The translations under genes were made by a program, and so were the position numbers. This document shows positions 53,766 through 62,867 of a stretch of 64,000 nt of DNA, one piece after another. Numbering within the stretch: position 1 is the stretch's first letter; each line of letters starts with the position of its first letter. The notes beneath the pieces are model-generated. The model ran no database searches and was not told the origin of the DNA. It saw only the letters and a program-made list of their open reading frames with translations. The DNA is taken from the NCBI GenBank assembly GCA_965222375.1, contig CBDCTZ010000008.1:192001-256000 (forward strand). The letters are read 5' to 3'. This DNA is from Polyangiaceae bacterium. GTDB taxonomy: Bacteria; Myxococcota_A; Polyangia; Polyangiales; Polyangiaceae.

Positions 53766-53949
53766 CCCAGGGTGCAGCGGACCTCTTCAACGGCTCGGAT
53801 TCAGAGTTGCGCGCGCAACACTGAATTCGAGTGAGAGACCCCTCCGCACGAGGGTACGCTGGCCGGCGGCAGTCTGCCCAGGTTCGCCGCAGCCGCGTCG
53901 CGCGCCCCGCGGGCGAGAGCTCCTGCGCCGCCACCGCCTGACGCAAACA

Positions 53950-54012
53950 CAGCTCTGTTGCCATCCAAAAAAACAAAGGTCCGTTCAGGGGTTTGGGTCT
54001 GCAACAGAGCTG
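53950..54012. repeat. 63-bp element bounded by 12-bp inverted repeats (MITE-like or RNA hairpin)
   Basis: cagctctgttgc ... gcaacagagctg. Confidence 0.6.
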
Positions 54013-54121
54013 CCCTGTCCCCCGCAGCCGACGCCGCAGCAACCCTCCCCCGCGTTCGCGCAGAGTTCGCCGGACCCGCTAGCCACGCGGGCAGCCGGTC
54101 CCAATCTCGTCGGTCGAAACG

Positions 54122-54946
54122 TCAGCCGCTGTGGGCTTCGCCGCCGTCGATGCAGAGCACGTTGCCGTTGAGCCAGTAGGTGCAGGGCTGGGCCAATGCC
54201 ACCAGGGCGCGCGCAACGTCGAAGGGCTCGGTCAGGCGGTGGGATGGGTTCTTGCGCACGGCCACTTGAACCATGGTCTCGTTGTCCGGGATCTTCTTTA
54301 GGGCGGGCGTATCCGTGACGCCAGCGCAGACGGCGTTGGCGGTAATGCCTCTCGGGCCCAACTCCAATGCGAGCTGACGGATGTGTGACTCCAGTGCACT
54401 CTTGGCGGCGCTGACGGCGCCGTAGCCACGCCAGACCGAAGTCGAACCGGTGCTCGTCATGGCGAAGATGCGACCGTCTTCACTGAGCAACCCGCGCTGG
54501 AGCACGTCTTGAGTCCAGTAGACGAGGCTGTGGGCCATCACGTCCAGGGTCATATCCATCTGCTTGGCCGTGACCTGGTCCTTGTCGGACTCCGCGACGA
54601 AAGGCCTCAAGGTTCCGAACGCGAGCGAGTGAAGCAGCACGCGAACCTGCTCTGACTTGCCACGCTCGTCGAAGCGCCTTTTGACGTCCGACAAGACCTC
54701 GGCCCGCTTCGCGGGGTCCGCTGCGTTGATGTTGTAAAACCACGCTTCTCGGCCCACGTCCTTGATCGCGGCGGTGATGCGCTCGACGTTCGGCATCGTG
54801 GATCGGCGATCGAGGTGGATGCCAATGACGTTCAACCCCGCACGTGCGAAGGTGACGCTGCACGCCTCACCAAAGCCGCTTGAGGCGCCAAGAATCACTA
54901 CCCAGCCGTCGAGGGCCGGCAAGCTCACGTCTCGCTCTCGAGTCAT
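54122..54946 (-). CDS. SDR oxidoreductase, enoyl-ACP reductase (FabL-like)
   Basis: GASSGFG; YGAVSAAK (Y-x6-K); NAVCAGVTDT. Confidence 0.82.
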   Translation of the reverse strand: MTRERDVSLPALDGWVVILGASSGFGEACSVTFARAGLNVIGIHLDRRSTMPNVERITAAIKDVGREAWFYNINAADPAKRAEVLSDVKRRFDERGKSEQVRVLLHSLAFGTLRPFVAESDKDQVTAKQMDMTLDVMAHSLVYWTQDVLQRGLLSEDGRIFAMTSTGSTSVWRGYGAVSAAKSALESHIRQLALELGPRGITANAVCAGVTDTPALKKIPDNETMVQVAVRKNPSHRLTEPFDVARALVALAQPCTYWLNGNVLCIDGGEAHSG

Positions 54947-54964
54947 GTTCGTGCTGCCTGTGTA

Positions 54965-55471
54965 CTACACGTCCGGGGCTGGGGAAGAGGCGTTCTTCGG
55001 GCTTTCCAGTGTGGACCCACGGCTGGAACGGGGCGCCGGCAACGAATAGCCCACCTCCGCCGCCTTGGAGCGGACGAATCGGGTGATCGCCGCGATGGGA
55101 ACGTTGGTCGGGCAGAGCGCCTCTTTTTCCGCGAGAATTTCCTCGGGCACGTGGGTCAGGCTCGCCGCGGCGGCTCGAAAATCCGGCATGCTTCTCGACC
55201 CAGCGAGCACGATGGCCATGACGCCCCGATAAGCGCCGTCGGACTGCTCGATCCGCTCCCCTTCGCCGCGATCACACAACTCGCATGCGATGCAGCGGCC
55301 AAAACCCGACATGACCTCGCGCTCGTCCGGCGTGACCGGCGGCAGACGATCGGCGTCGTAGTTCTCTCGGAAAGCGGCGATCCCCTTCCGACCGCCACCG
55401 AACAGCCGGATGAAGAAGGTGCGCACCAGGGCCCAGGTCAGGAACAAGAATGCTTTCAGGCGGCCCGGCAC
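54965..55471 (-). CDS. Hypothetical membrane-anchored protein with ferredoxin-like Cys motif
   Basis: N-terminal hydrophobic helix; CIACELC ... CPTNVP. Confidence 0.65.
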   Translation of the reverse strand: MPGRLKAFLFLTWALVRTFFIRLFGGGRKGIAAFRENYDADRLPPVTPDEREVMSGFGRCIACELCDRGEGERIEQSDGAYRGVMAIVLAGSRSMPDFRAAAASLTHVPEEILAEKEALCPTNVPIAAITRFVRSKAAEVGYSLPAPRSSRGSTLESPKNASSPAPDV

Positions 55472-55563
55472 GACCCGGGCACCCTAGCGGCTTTGTCTTG
55501 TCGCGTCAGGGTGGGAACAAGCGAGCGCTTGGTGACGTAAGACGAAGCAGGGGGTCCGTCACA

Positions 55564-55652
55564 CTGTTACGCTCGACTGTTACGCTGTGACGCTGGGTTA
55601 CGCCGCCTAAGTTATTGAAATTATTAGCTAGAAAGCTGGCACGCCGCATGCT
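55564..55652 (+). promoter_or_regulatory. sigma54-type promoter with upstream repeats and IHF-like site
   Basis: CTGGCACG-CCGC-ATGCT (GG-N10-GC) at 55636-55652; GTTACGC repeats at 55564-55603; AT-rich TAAGTTATTGAAA between them. Confidence 0.72.
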
Positions 55653-55664
55653 CATAGACTCAGC

Positions 55665-56288
55665 ATGCAGACCGCAACCACCCAAGCGCCCCTCTCCACC
55701 ACCTGGGACGAGCAGACCCTGCTCGCCGGCCTCATCGCCGACGAGGAGCGGGCCTGGCGGGCCTTCTCGGATCAGTACGCACGTCTGATCTACCGCTGCA
55801 TTACCCGGGTGACCGCTCGCTTCGCCGCAGTGGTTGGACCGGAAGATGTCCGGGAGATCTACGCCATGCTCTGCGTTGCTCTGCTCGCCAACGACAAGAA
55901 GAAGCTCCGGACCTTCGAGCCCGGCCGTGGAAACAAGCTGGGCAGCTGGATCGGAATGCTGGCGATTCACGCCGCCTACGACTACCTGCGCACCGTCAAG
56001 CGCGAGCCGAAGCGGACCGGCCTGACCGAAGCCGAGTCCCTCAGCTCGGAGCTGCCCAACCCCTACGACCACTGCGTTCGCCGCGAACAGGCCGAAATCG
56101 TTGAAGGTCTGTTCCAGCGCTTCACGGACAAGGACCAAGAGTTCATCCGCCTCTACTTCGGCGACGGATTGGAGCCCGAAGAGGTGGCGGAGCGCATGGG
56201 GATCAGCATCAAGACCGTCTATTCCAAGAAGCACAAGATCCGCACTCGCCTCGAAAACCTGCTCTCCGAGCAGCGCCTGGCAGCCTGA
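55665..56288 (+). CDS. ECF-type RNA polymerase sigma factor
   Basis: Region 2 (WIGMLAIHAAYDYLR) and region 4 HTH (EEVAERMGISIKTVYSKKHKIR). Confidence 0.9.
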   Translation: MQTATTQAPLSTTWDEQTLLAGLIADEERAWRAFSDQYARLIYRCITRVTARFAAVVGPEDVREIYAMLCVALLANDKKKLRTFEPGRGNKLGSWIGMLAIHAAYDYLRTVKREPKRTGLTEAESLSSELPNPYDHCVRREQAEIVEGLFQRFTDKDQEFIRLYFGDGLEPEEVAERMGISIKTVYSKKHKIRTRLENLLSEQRLAA

Positions 56289-56336
56289 GCCGCACCAAGT
56301 TGCGAGCCGCCGGCGTCTGGTCTAAACACCAGATGC

Positions 56337-57143
56337 GTGGCGGCTTTACGGCTATTGGTAGTGGGAATTGCGCTTGCCGTCGCTACCGGGTGTAGCGACG
56401 GAGAGCCGGGCGATGTCGCCCTCGCCCCCAAGCCCAAGGGCGATGTTCGAGGTTCTGGCTCCCGGCTGTCGGAGCTGAACGACCCGGCCAATCCGCGCCC
56501 GCCAGATGGTTCGGAGGTCGACGTCACGGGCATCACCGTACTGACCGTCGATACCTTCGACGAGACCAACAACGGCGCCAGCGTCGGGAACCTCTACGCC
56601 CAGGATCTTCCGGTCGATGGAACCGTGCCGCCCTTCGGCGGCATCACCTTGTTCAACACCAGTTTCAATCCCCCCACCCTCCGCGTCGCGCCCGGAGACG
56701 TGGTGGATGTGCGGGGCGCCTACGAGGAGTTCCTGGGCCCGCCGAGCAGCCCCTTCGACCCGGGTGAGAGCTTGCCGGAGATCGTTGGCGGCACGGTGAA
56801 GCTTCGCTTCGAACACGTGGTGCCCGAGCCGATCACGATCCCGCTCCAAGATTTGGCGAGCTACGACACCGGCCGCAAATGGATCGGCATGTTGGTGCGC
56901 GTGGAGAACGTGAAAGCCCAGTCCGACGGCTTCAAGGCCGGCTCAGGGCGCTTCTCGGTTCGCTTGGACGTACCGGGGGTCGCGGAGTCGGATCTACCGA
57001 CCATCAACAACGCCTTGTACGATGTCGAGTCCGCGCCCGTGTCGTGGGCCACCGGGACGCAGTACACGTCCGTGGTCGGCATCGTTCAGTTCTTCTTCAC
57101 CTTCGCCATCGGCCCGCGTTCCGAGGCGGATATCACCCCGTAA
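56337..57143 (+). CDS. Lipoprotein with OB-fold-like region (paralog of 35611 ORF)
   Basis: ATGC lipobox; GDVVDVRGAYEEFLG, VPEPITI, GMLVRVENV, VVGIV. Confidence 0.75.
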   Translation: MAALRLLVVGIALAVATGCSDGEPGDVALAPKPKGDVRGSGSRLSELNDPANPRPPDGSEVDVTGITVLTVDTFDETNNGASVGNLYAQDLPVDGTVPPFGGITLFNTSFNPPTLRVAPGDVVDVRGAYEEFLGPPSSPFDPGESLPEIVGGTVKLRFEHVVPEPITIPLQDLASYDTGRKWIGMLVRVENVKAQSDGFKAGSGRFSVRLDVPGVAESDLPTINNALYDVESAPVSWATGTQYTSVVGIVQFFFTFAIGPRSEADITP

Positions 57144-59476
57144 TGTCGCTTGGATTGCGGCTGTCGCGGGCCGCGGCTGCCGCGACCCTCCTTGTCGCAT
57201 GCGCCGGCAGCCCTGGTCGCAGCAGGCCGCCCCAACACGGCCCCGGCATTGCACCCCCAGCCCAACACCCGCGGCTCGAGCTCCTGGAGAGCACCGATCG
57301 ACCTGCCATCGCCAGGGTCAATCGCGGTGGGGATCCCTTGGCCGGCGTAGCCGTGGCCGTGGCCCACGATGGCGGTTCGGTCGCGTCGGTCGCGTTGGCG
57401 GGGCTGGTCGAAGCTCGACTGCGTCCGAGCTTTCCGGACGCCATCACCCGTCCTCACGATCTTGGGTTGGTCGTCAGCCACTTGGTTGCCGACCCTCAAA
57501 GCGCGGTGCGCTTCACCCAGAGCACGCTCTCGGCGTTGTCGACTCCGGTCGCCGCCGGCGACCCCGCCGTCGAAGAGGCACGCAAGAAGCTCGCTGCGTT
57601 GGTCCAAATTCGCGGGGGCCAAGCCGGCGACGATCCGATCCGTCGCTGCAGCGGCGAGCTGGCCGCCGGCGGACCTTTGCCCAAGCTGGATGGCGCCAGC
57701 CTGGAAAGCATGCGTGATCGCAGTGCCCGGACGCAGGGCGTCTCCGTGGGCGTGCTCGGCGCTCGGGGGATCTTGGACGCCGTGACCCACGCTGTGCAGA
57801 GCGGAGCAGCCTGGCCTGAAGGTGGCCCCGAAGACCCCTGGCCCACCGCGGGCCGCGTATATGGCACCGCCACGGCCAGCGGTGGCCCATCGCTGTCCGT
57901 CGCGCTGCGCCTCGACGATGGCGCCCGTGCCATCGCGGCCGCCCGGGCCCTGGGGCGCGGGGGCAGCGAGCGGCTGCGAGCGCGTCTGTCGGCGCTGAGC
58001 CCAGAGTTTCGAGTGGAACGCATCGCTGCCACCACGCGGCCACGGGGTGCCTGCTTGCGGATCGATTTGACGACTTCGGACTCGAAAGTCAGCGCCGAGG
58101 CTGCGGCGTGGGCCGCCCTGATCACCGAACGCGAGGCCCTGAGCGTGGCGCCAAAGGGAAGCGGCGCATGGTGGGACATCGAGGACGGCGTGCTGCGTGC
58201 CTCCGACCCTCGGGAAGCTGCAGCCGTTGCCGCCTGGCGCGCCTTGAGCGGAAAGCTCGTCGCCAAGGAGCCCCTTCGCTTCGTGCGTTTCTCTGGTCCA
58301 CGGGGCGCTCAACTACAGGCACAGCTGTCGAAAATCGAAGCGCGAAAGCCCGCTGAAATCGAAACCCGCACGCGGGTGGAGTCCGGCCAGGGAGAGCTGT
58401 GGCTCTTGGCTGCGTCGGACTGCGGTGTAGCACAAGAGTCCGAATCCGATAGCGGTATCACCGCCCTGATGCTCACCGCTCTGGCGCAAGCCGCTGCCGA
58501 GCGTCACCACGACATCGTGTTCGAACCTTGGATTTCTCCCGACCACGTGGGGCTCATGGCCCACGGCCCTCGCCAAGGTCCGGGCGAGACGGAGCAAGCG
58601 CATGCCCAGCGCATCGGCGATGCCCTGGGCTGGGCGCTCGCCGGCACGCGCCTGAAGGGCCCGCATGTGGCCGAAGCGCGCACGAGTATGACGACGACGC
58701 TCTCCGACGTCAGTGGCTCCCTGCGGCCAACCCTGCTCTCGGCGCTCAGCCCGATGCACCCTTCGTGGCTCGAGCCGCGGGGAACCTTCACCGCCTTGAG
58801 CGGGCACACGGGTCATGCGGCGGAGGCCCGGCGTCGCACCTGGCTGAGCGAGCCGTTGCGCTTGGCGATCTTGTCGAGCGGCGATCCCGCGCAGACCCGT
58901 GTCGTGCAAGAAGCCTTCGCGAGTTGGGTGCTACCCGGGCGTGGCGCTCTCCGAAGCTGTCCCAGCACTTCCGGCGCTCCAGCCAAAACCGGACAGCTGG
59001 AAGTCGACGGTCCCGACAAGGGCCAGGCCGTCGTGGCTGTGCCTCTCACCGCGGGTGCTCAGCGCGAGGCCCACTGGCTCGCCTTCCTGATGAACCGCCC
59101 CGGCGGACTGCTGGACCACGCTCTGGGTGGCACGCGCCTAGGGCGCGGACGGGCCCAGGTGATCGGCGGAACGAAGCGCGGCGCGCTTCTGGTGGAAGTG
59201 CACGGTTTCCCGGAGACCTTCAAGGACGCCATCGCCCAGGTCCGCGCACTGCTCTCGCGGTTGGCCTCCGGCGCCCTGGTTGCCACGGATTTCGAGCGCG
59301 CTCGGGAGCACTTCGCGCGGGTCGAGCTGCGCCGCTCCCTCGACCCCCGGGAGCGCCTGGCTCGAACCTGGGGCGCCCAGGCGGCGCCCGCCCCGAGCCT
59401 CAATTCGCTGCGACGTTTCTGTCAGCTCAATCTGGCTGCCTCGCGCCATCTCGTGGTGCGTTCCAGCGCACCCTGA
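57143..59476 (+). CDS. Hypothetical lipoprotein, possibly inactive M16-peptidase-like
   Basis: TAATG coupling; LVAC lipobox; M16-like segments (ESESDSGITAL, DFERAR); no HXXEH. Confidence 0.6.
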   Translation: MSLGLRLSRAAAAATLLVACAGSPGRSRPPQHGPGIAPPAQHPRLELLESTDRPAIARVNRGGDPLAGVAVAVAHDGGSVASVALAGLVEARLRPSFPDAITRPHDLGLVVSHLVADPQSAVRFTQSTLSALSTPVAAGDPAVEEARKKLAALVQIRGGQAGDDPIRRCSGELAAGGPLPKLDGASLESMRDRSARTQGVSVGVLGARGILDAVTHAVQSGAAWPEGGPEDPWPTAGRVYGTATASGGPSLSVALRLDDGARAIAAARALGRGGSERLRARLSALSPEFRVERIAATTRPRGACLRIDLTTSDSKVSAEAAAWAALITEREALSVAPKGSGAWWDIEDGVLRASDPREAAAVAAWRALSGKLVAKEPLRFVRFSGPRGAQLQAQLSKIEARKPAEIETRTRVESGQGELWLLAASDCGVAQESESDSGITALMLTALAQAAAERHHDIVFEPWISPDHVGLMAHGPRQGPGETEQAHAQRIGDALGWALAGTRLKGPHVAEARTSMTTTLSDVSGSLRPTLLSALSPMHPSWLEPRGTFTALSGHTGHAAEARRRTWLSEPLRLAILSSGDPAQTRVVQEAFASWVLPGRGALRSCPSTSGAPAKTGQLEVDGPDKGQAVVAVPLTAGAQREAHWLAFLMNRPGGLLDHALGGTRLGRGRAQVIGGTKRGALLVEVHGFPETFKDAIAQVRALLSRLASGALVATDFERAREHFARVELRRSLDPRERLARTWGAQAAPAPSLNSLRRFCQLNLAASRHLVVRSSAP

Positions 59477-59601
59477 GCCATGCGTTCCAGCGCACCCTGA
59501 GCCATGCGTTCCAGCGCACCCTGAGCCATGCGTTCCAGCGCACCCTGAGCCGCGCGTTCCAGCGCACCCTGAGCCGCGCGTTCCAGCGCACCCTGAGCCG
59601 T
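59458..59601 (+). repeat. Tandem repeat, 6 x 24 bp
   Basis: Unit gcgttccagcgcaccctgagccRY; copies 1-3 end cat, 4-5 cgc, 6 cgt; no spacers. Confidence 0.95.
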
Positions 59602-59684
59602 GCCGCGAGCCCCGAGCGCGTGCTTCCGCGCCCCGGCAGCCGAGCCTCCCCTCGGACCGAAGGTCGTGGTACGAGACCAGCGCT

Positions 59685-61232
59685 ATGAATCGCGACTTGG
59701 TTCTCGTTCTCGACTATGGCTCGCAATACACCCAGCTCATCGCAAGGCGAGTCCGCGAGTGTCACGTCTACTGCGAGATCCACCCCGGCACCATCGACCT
59801 GGAAGCCATTCGCCGCATCGGGGCCAAGGCGATCATCTTGTCAGGCGGTCCGGATTCGGTTTACTCCGACACCGCGCCCAAGAGCGATCCAGGGCTCTTC
59901 GACTTGGGCCTGCCCGTGCTGGGGATCTGCTACGGCGAGCAGCTGATGGCGCAACAATTGGGCGGCAACGTCGAACCGTCTCAGGAGCGGGAGTACGGTC
60001 CCGCCAAACTGAAGGTGGTCGACCCGGTCGGGATCTTGGCGCCGTTTTCCGCAGGCGAAGAGCTGTCCGTATGGATGAGTCACGGCGACAAACTCACCAA
60101 GCCTCCGCCCGGCTTCCGCGCCATCGGCGAAAGCGGCTCGGCTCCCCTGGCGGCGATCGCCAACCCAGAGCGGAACCTGTTCGGGATCCAGTTCCATCCC
60201 GAAGTCGCACACACGCCGCGAGGCCTCGAAGTCCTGCGAGCGTTCTTATTCGACGTCGCTGGCCTCGAGCCCACCTGGACGCCGGGCTCCTTCGTGGACG
60301 AGGCCATCGAGAGGATTCAGTCCCAGGTTACCGCGGATGAGCGGGCCATCTTGGGCCTCAGCGGCGGAGTGGATTCCTCGGTGGCCGCGGTGCTGTGCCA
60401 CAAGGCGCTCGGGGACCGCTTGGTCTGCATCTTCGTCGACAACGGCGTACTCCGGGAGGGCGAGCGGGAAAGCGTGGAGCACACCATGCGCCAGAGCTTT
60501 CACCTCAACCTCATCGTCGTCGACGCCCGCAAACGGTTCTTGGACGCGCTTGCTGGCGTCACGGATCCGGAGAAGAAGCGGAAGATCATCGGGCACGAGT
60601 TCATCGAAGTTTTCGACGAACATGCCGCACGAGTGGAAAACGCCAAGTACCTGGTGCAGGGCACCCTGTATCCGGACGTGATCGAAAGCGTCAGCGTGCG
60701 GGGCCCCAGTGCGGTCATCAAGAGCCACCACAACGTGGGCGGACTGCCCGAACGCATGAAGCTGAAACTGATCGAACCGCTTCGCGAGTTGTTCAAGGAC
60801 GAAGTGCGGCAGGTGGGCGAAGCCTTGGGCATGCCCCACGACGTGTTGTGGCGGCAGCCCTTCCCGGGCCCGGGCCTGGCCGTGCGCTGCCTGGGCGACT
60901 TGCAGGAGCAGCGCCTCGACACCCTTCGAGCTGCGGATGCGATCGTGGATGAGGAAGTCCGCGCAGCGGGCCTGTACGGATCCCTGTGGCAGTCCTTTGC
61001 GGTGCTACTTCCGGTGCGCAGCGTGGGCGTCATGGGAGACGATCGCACCTACGAAGAGACCTGCATCATTCGCGCCGTGCAATCCAGCGACGGGATGACC
61101 GCAGACTGGGCTCGCCTGCCCCACGACCTCTTGGCAACCATGTCCGCACGCATCATCAACGAGGTCGCGGGCATCAACCGCGTTGCCTACGACATCAGCA
61201 GCAAGCCCCCATCGACCATCGAATGGGAATGA
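59685..61232 (+). CDS. guaA: GMP synthase (glutamine-hydrolysing)
   Basis: DYGSQYTQLIARR, GICYG, QFHPEV, SGGVDS, KPPSTIEWE; start moved to ATG 59685. Confidence 0.97.
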   Translation: MNRDLVLVLDYGSQYTQLIARRVRECHVYCEIHPGTIDLEAIRRIGAKAIILSGGPDSVYSDTAPKSDPGLFDLGLPVLGICYGEQLMAQQLGGNVEPSQEREYGPAKLKVVDPVGILAPFSAGEELSVWMSHGDKLTKPPPGFRAIGESGSAPLAAIANPERNLFGIQFHPEVAHTPRGLEVLRAFLFDVAGLEPTWTPGSFVDEAIERIQSQVTADERAILGLSGGVDSSVAAVLCHKALGDRLVCIFVDNGVLREGERESVEHTMRQSFHLNLIVVDARKRFLDALAGVTDPEKKRKIIGHEFIEVFDEHAARVENAKYLVQGTLYPDVIESVSVRGPSAVIKSHHNVGGLPERMKLKLIEPLRELFKDEVRQVGEALGMPHDVLWRQPFPGPGLAVRCLGDLQEQRLDTLRAADAIVDEEVRAAGLYGSLWQSFAVLLPVRSVGVMGDDRTYEETCIIRAVQSSDGMTADWARLPHDLLATMSARIINEVAGINRVAYDISSKPPSTIEWE

Positions 61233-61534
61233 ACCGGCGCCTCTGGATCGCGAGCGCGGCTTGCATGGCGCTGGGGTGCGGCGGTTTGGTCGGGCGGCCC
61301 GCCGTCTCCCTCAAGTTTCAATCCAAGCCCGGCACGCCCGCGGATGCCTCCGTCTACATCGACGAGGAGTACATCGGCCCCTTGGGCTATGTGGCCGCCC
61401 ACGGCGTGCGCCTGCCCCTGGGACAGCACCGCATCACCGTCCAGCGCACCGGCTATTTTCCGTGGGATCGCCTGGTGGAAGCGGACCGCAAGCCCATCCT
61501 GCTGCAGGTCCAGCTAGTGCCCGTTCCCGACTGA
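61229..61534 (+). CDS. PEGA-domain lipoprotein
   Basis: ATGA overlap with guaA; ALGC lipobox; ADASVYIDEEYIG...GQHRITVQRTGY. Confidence 0.8.
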   Translation: MNRRLWIASAACMALGCGGLVGRPAVSLKFQSKPGTPADASVYIDEEYIGPLGYVAAHGVRLPLGQHRITVQRTGYFPWDRLVEADRKPILLQVQLVPVPD

Positions 61535-61564
61535 CGTTTTGGCGCATAGAGGCCAAAGCGTGTT

Positions 61565-62860
61565 GTGATGGCAGAAATGGCGGGCGGATCGCGACGCGGA
61601 TTCTTGGGAGCCAGCCTGAGCTTCGGCCTGGGGCTCCTCGTGGGCGGACGCCTGGGGGCGCCTCGAGCCTTCGCGCCGGGATTGCCCATGCCCCTCAACG
61701 AGGACGAAACCGAGTACGTCACCGAAGCACTGGCGGCCCTGGACCGCACCAAGATCTGGGATACTCACGTACACATCGTCGGCTTGGGTCGAGGCGACAG
61801 CGGCTGCTGGGTCAATCCCAAGAGCATGAGCCACCTGCATCCGCTGAGGCGGCTGCGCTTCGAGATCTACCTACACGCCGCAGGAGTCACGGATCTGGCC
61901 CGAGCCGACGAGCTCTACGTCGCCCGCTTGTTGGAGCTGTTTCGGTTGGCCAACCCGACCGGCAAGATGCTCGGCCTGGCCTTCGACTACGCCGTCGACG
62001 AAAACGGACAAGAGACGCCCAAGTACTCGGAGTTCTACACGCCCACCGAATACGTCCTTCGTCTCGCCAAGCAGTACTCGGAGATCCTGCCTTGCGCCAG
62101 CGTGCACCCGTACCGCAAAGATGCCTCCGATCGCTTGCGTCGCTTCGTTCAAGAGGGCGCCATCGCGGTCAAGTGGTTGCCCAACGCCATGGGCATCGAC
62201 CCTCTGTCGTCGAAGTGCGACGCCTTCTACAGGACGCTGCAGGAGCTCTCCATTCCCCTGATCTCCCACGCGGGTGAGGAGCAAGCCGTCGAGGTCAGCG
62301 GCTGGCAGGAGTTCGGCAACCCACTGCGCCTACGGCGCGCGTTGGACGCAGGAGTGCGGGTCGTGGTGGCCCACTGCGCCAGCCTGGGCGACGTGGAGGA
62401 CCTCGACGCGGGGCCGGGCCAGGAGATCTCGGCCTTCACGGCCTTCATGCGCCTGTTCACGGACAAGCGTTACAAAGATCTACTCTACGCTGACATCTCC
62501 GCGATGACGCAGTTTTCTCGATGCGGCCGCCCTCTGCGCGAGATCTTGCTTTCCACGGATTTGCACCCGCGACTGCTCTACGCCTCGGACTACCCCCTAC
62601 CCGCCATCGACCCCTTGGTCTCGACGCGGATCTTGGAGCGCGAGGGCTATCTCACACCCGAAGATCGCGAGAAGTGCAACCGCCTATATCGGAAGAACCC
62701 ACTGCTCTTCGACCTGGTGCTCAAGCGCAAGCTGCGCCTCGAACACAAGAACAACACCCACGTCTTTTCTCCGGCCGTGTTTCAAACCGCCAACTTCTTC
62801 TCCCCCCCGCCCGCGGCGGCTGCGCCAACCCCGCCCGTAGCCCCCGCGGCCCAACCCTAG
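61565..62860 (+). CDS. Amidohydrolase-family protein with Tat-like signal
   Basis: SRRGFLG; DTHVH, SHAG, AHCA, SDYP metal ligands. Confidence 0.88.
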   Translation: MMAEMAGGSRRGFLGASLSFGLGLLVGGRLGAPRAFAPGLPMPLNEDETEYVTEALAALDRTKIWDTHVHIVGLGRGDSGCWVNPKSMSHLHPLRRLRFEIYLHAAGVTDLARADELYVARLLELFRLANPTGKMLGLAFDYAVDENGQETPKYSEFYTPTEYVLRLAKQYSEILPCASVHPYRKDASDRLRRFVQEGAIAVKWLPNAMGIDPLSSKCDAFYRTLQELSIPLISHAGEEQAVEVSGWQEFGNPLRLRRALDAGVRVVVAHCASLGDVEDLDAGPGQEISAFTAFMRLFTDKRYKDLLYADISAMTQFSRCGRPLREILLSTDLHPRLLYASDYPLPAIDPLVSTRILEREGYLTPEDREKCNRLYRKNPLLFDLVLKRKLRLEHKNNTHVFSPAVFQTANFFSPPPAAAAPTPPVAPAAQP

Positions 62861-62867
62861 AGGTCCC

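Noticed and set aside
53739..54012. Retron msr-msd or integron attC site
   Set aside because: Long hairpins are present, but no reverse transcriptase is in the window and no RYYYAAC/GTTRRRY core ends were found
59458..59601. CRISPR array
   Set aside because: Units are head-to-tail with no unique spacers; no cas genes in the window
59280..59684. GuaA N-terminal extension with VPAHPEPC repeats
   Set aside because: Read-through of the non-coding 24-bp tandem repeat; GuaA homology starts at ATG 59685
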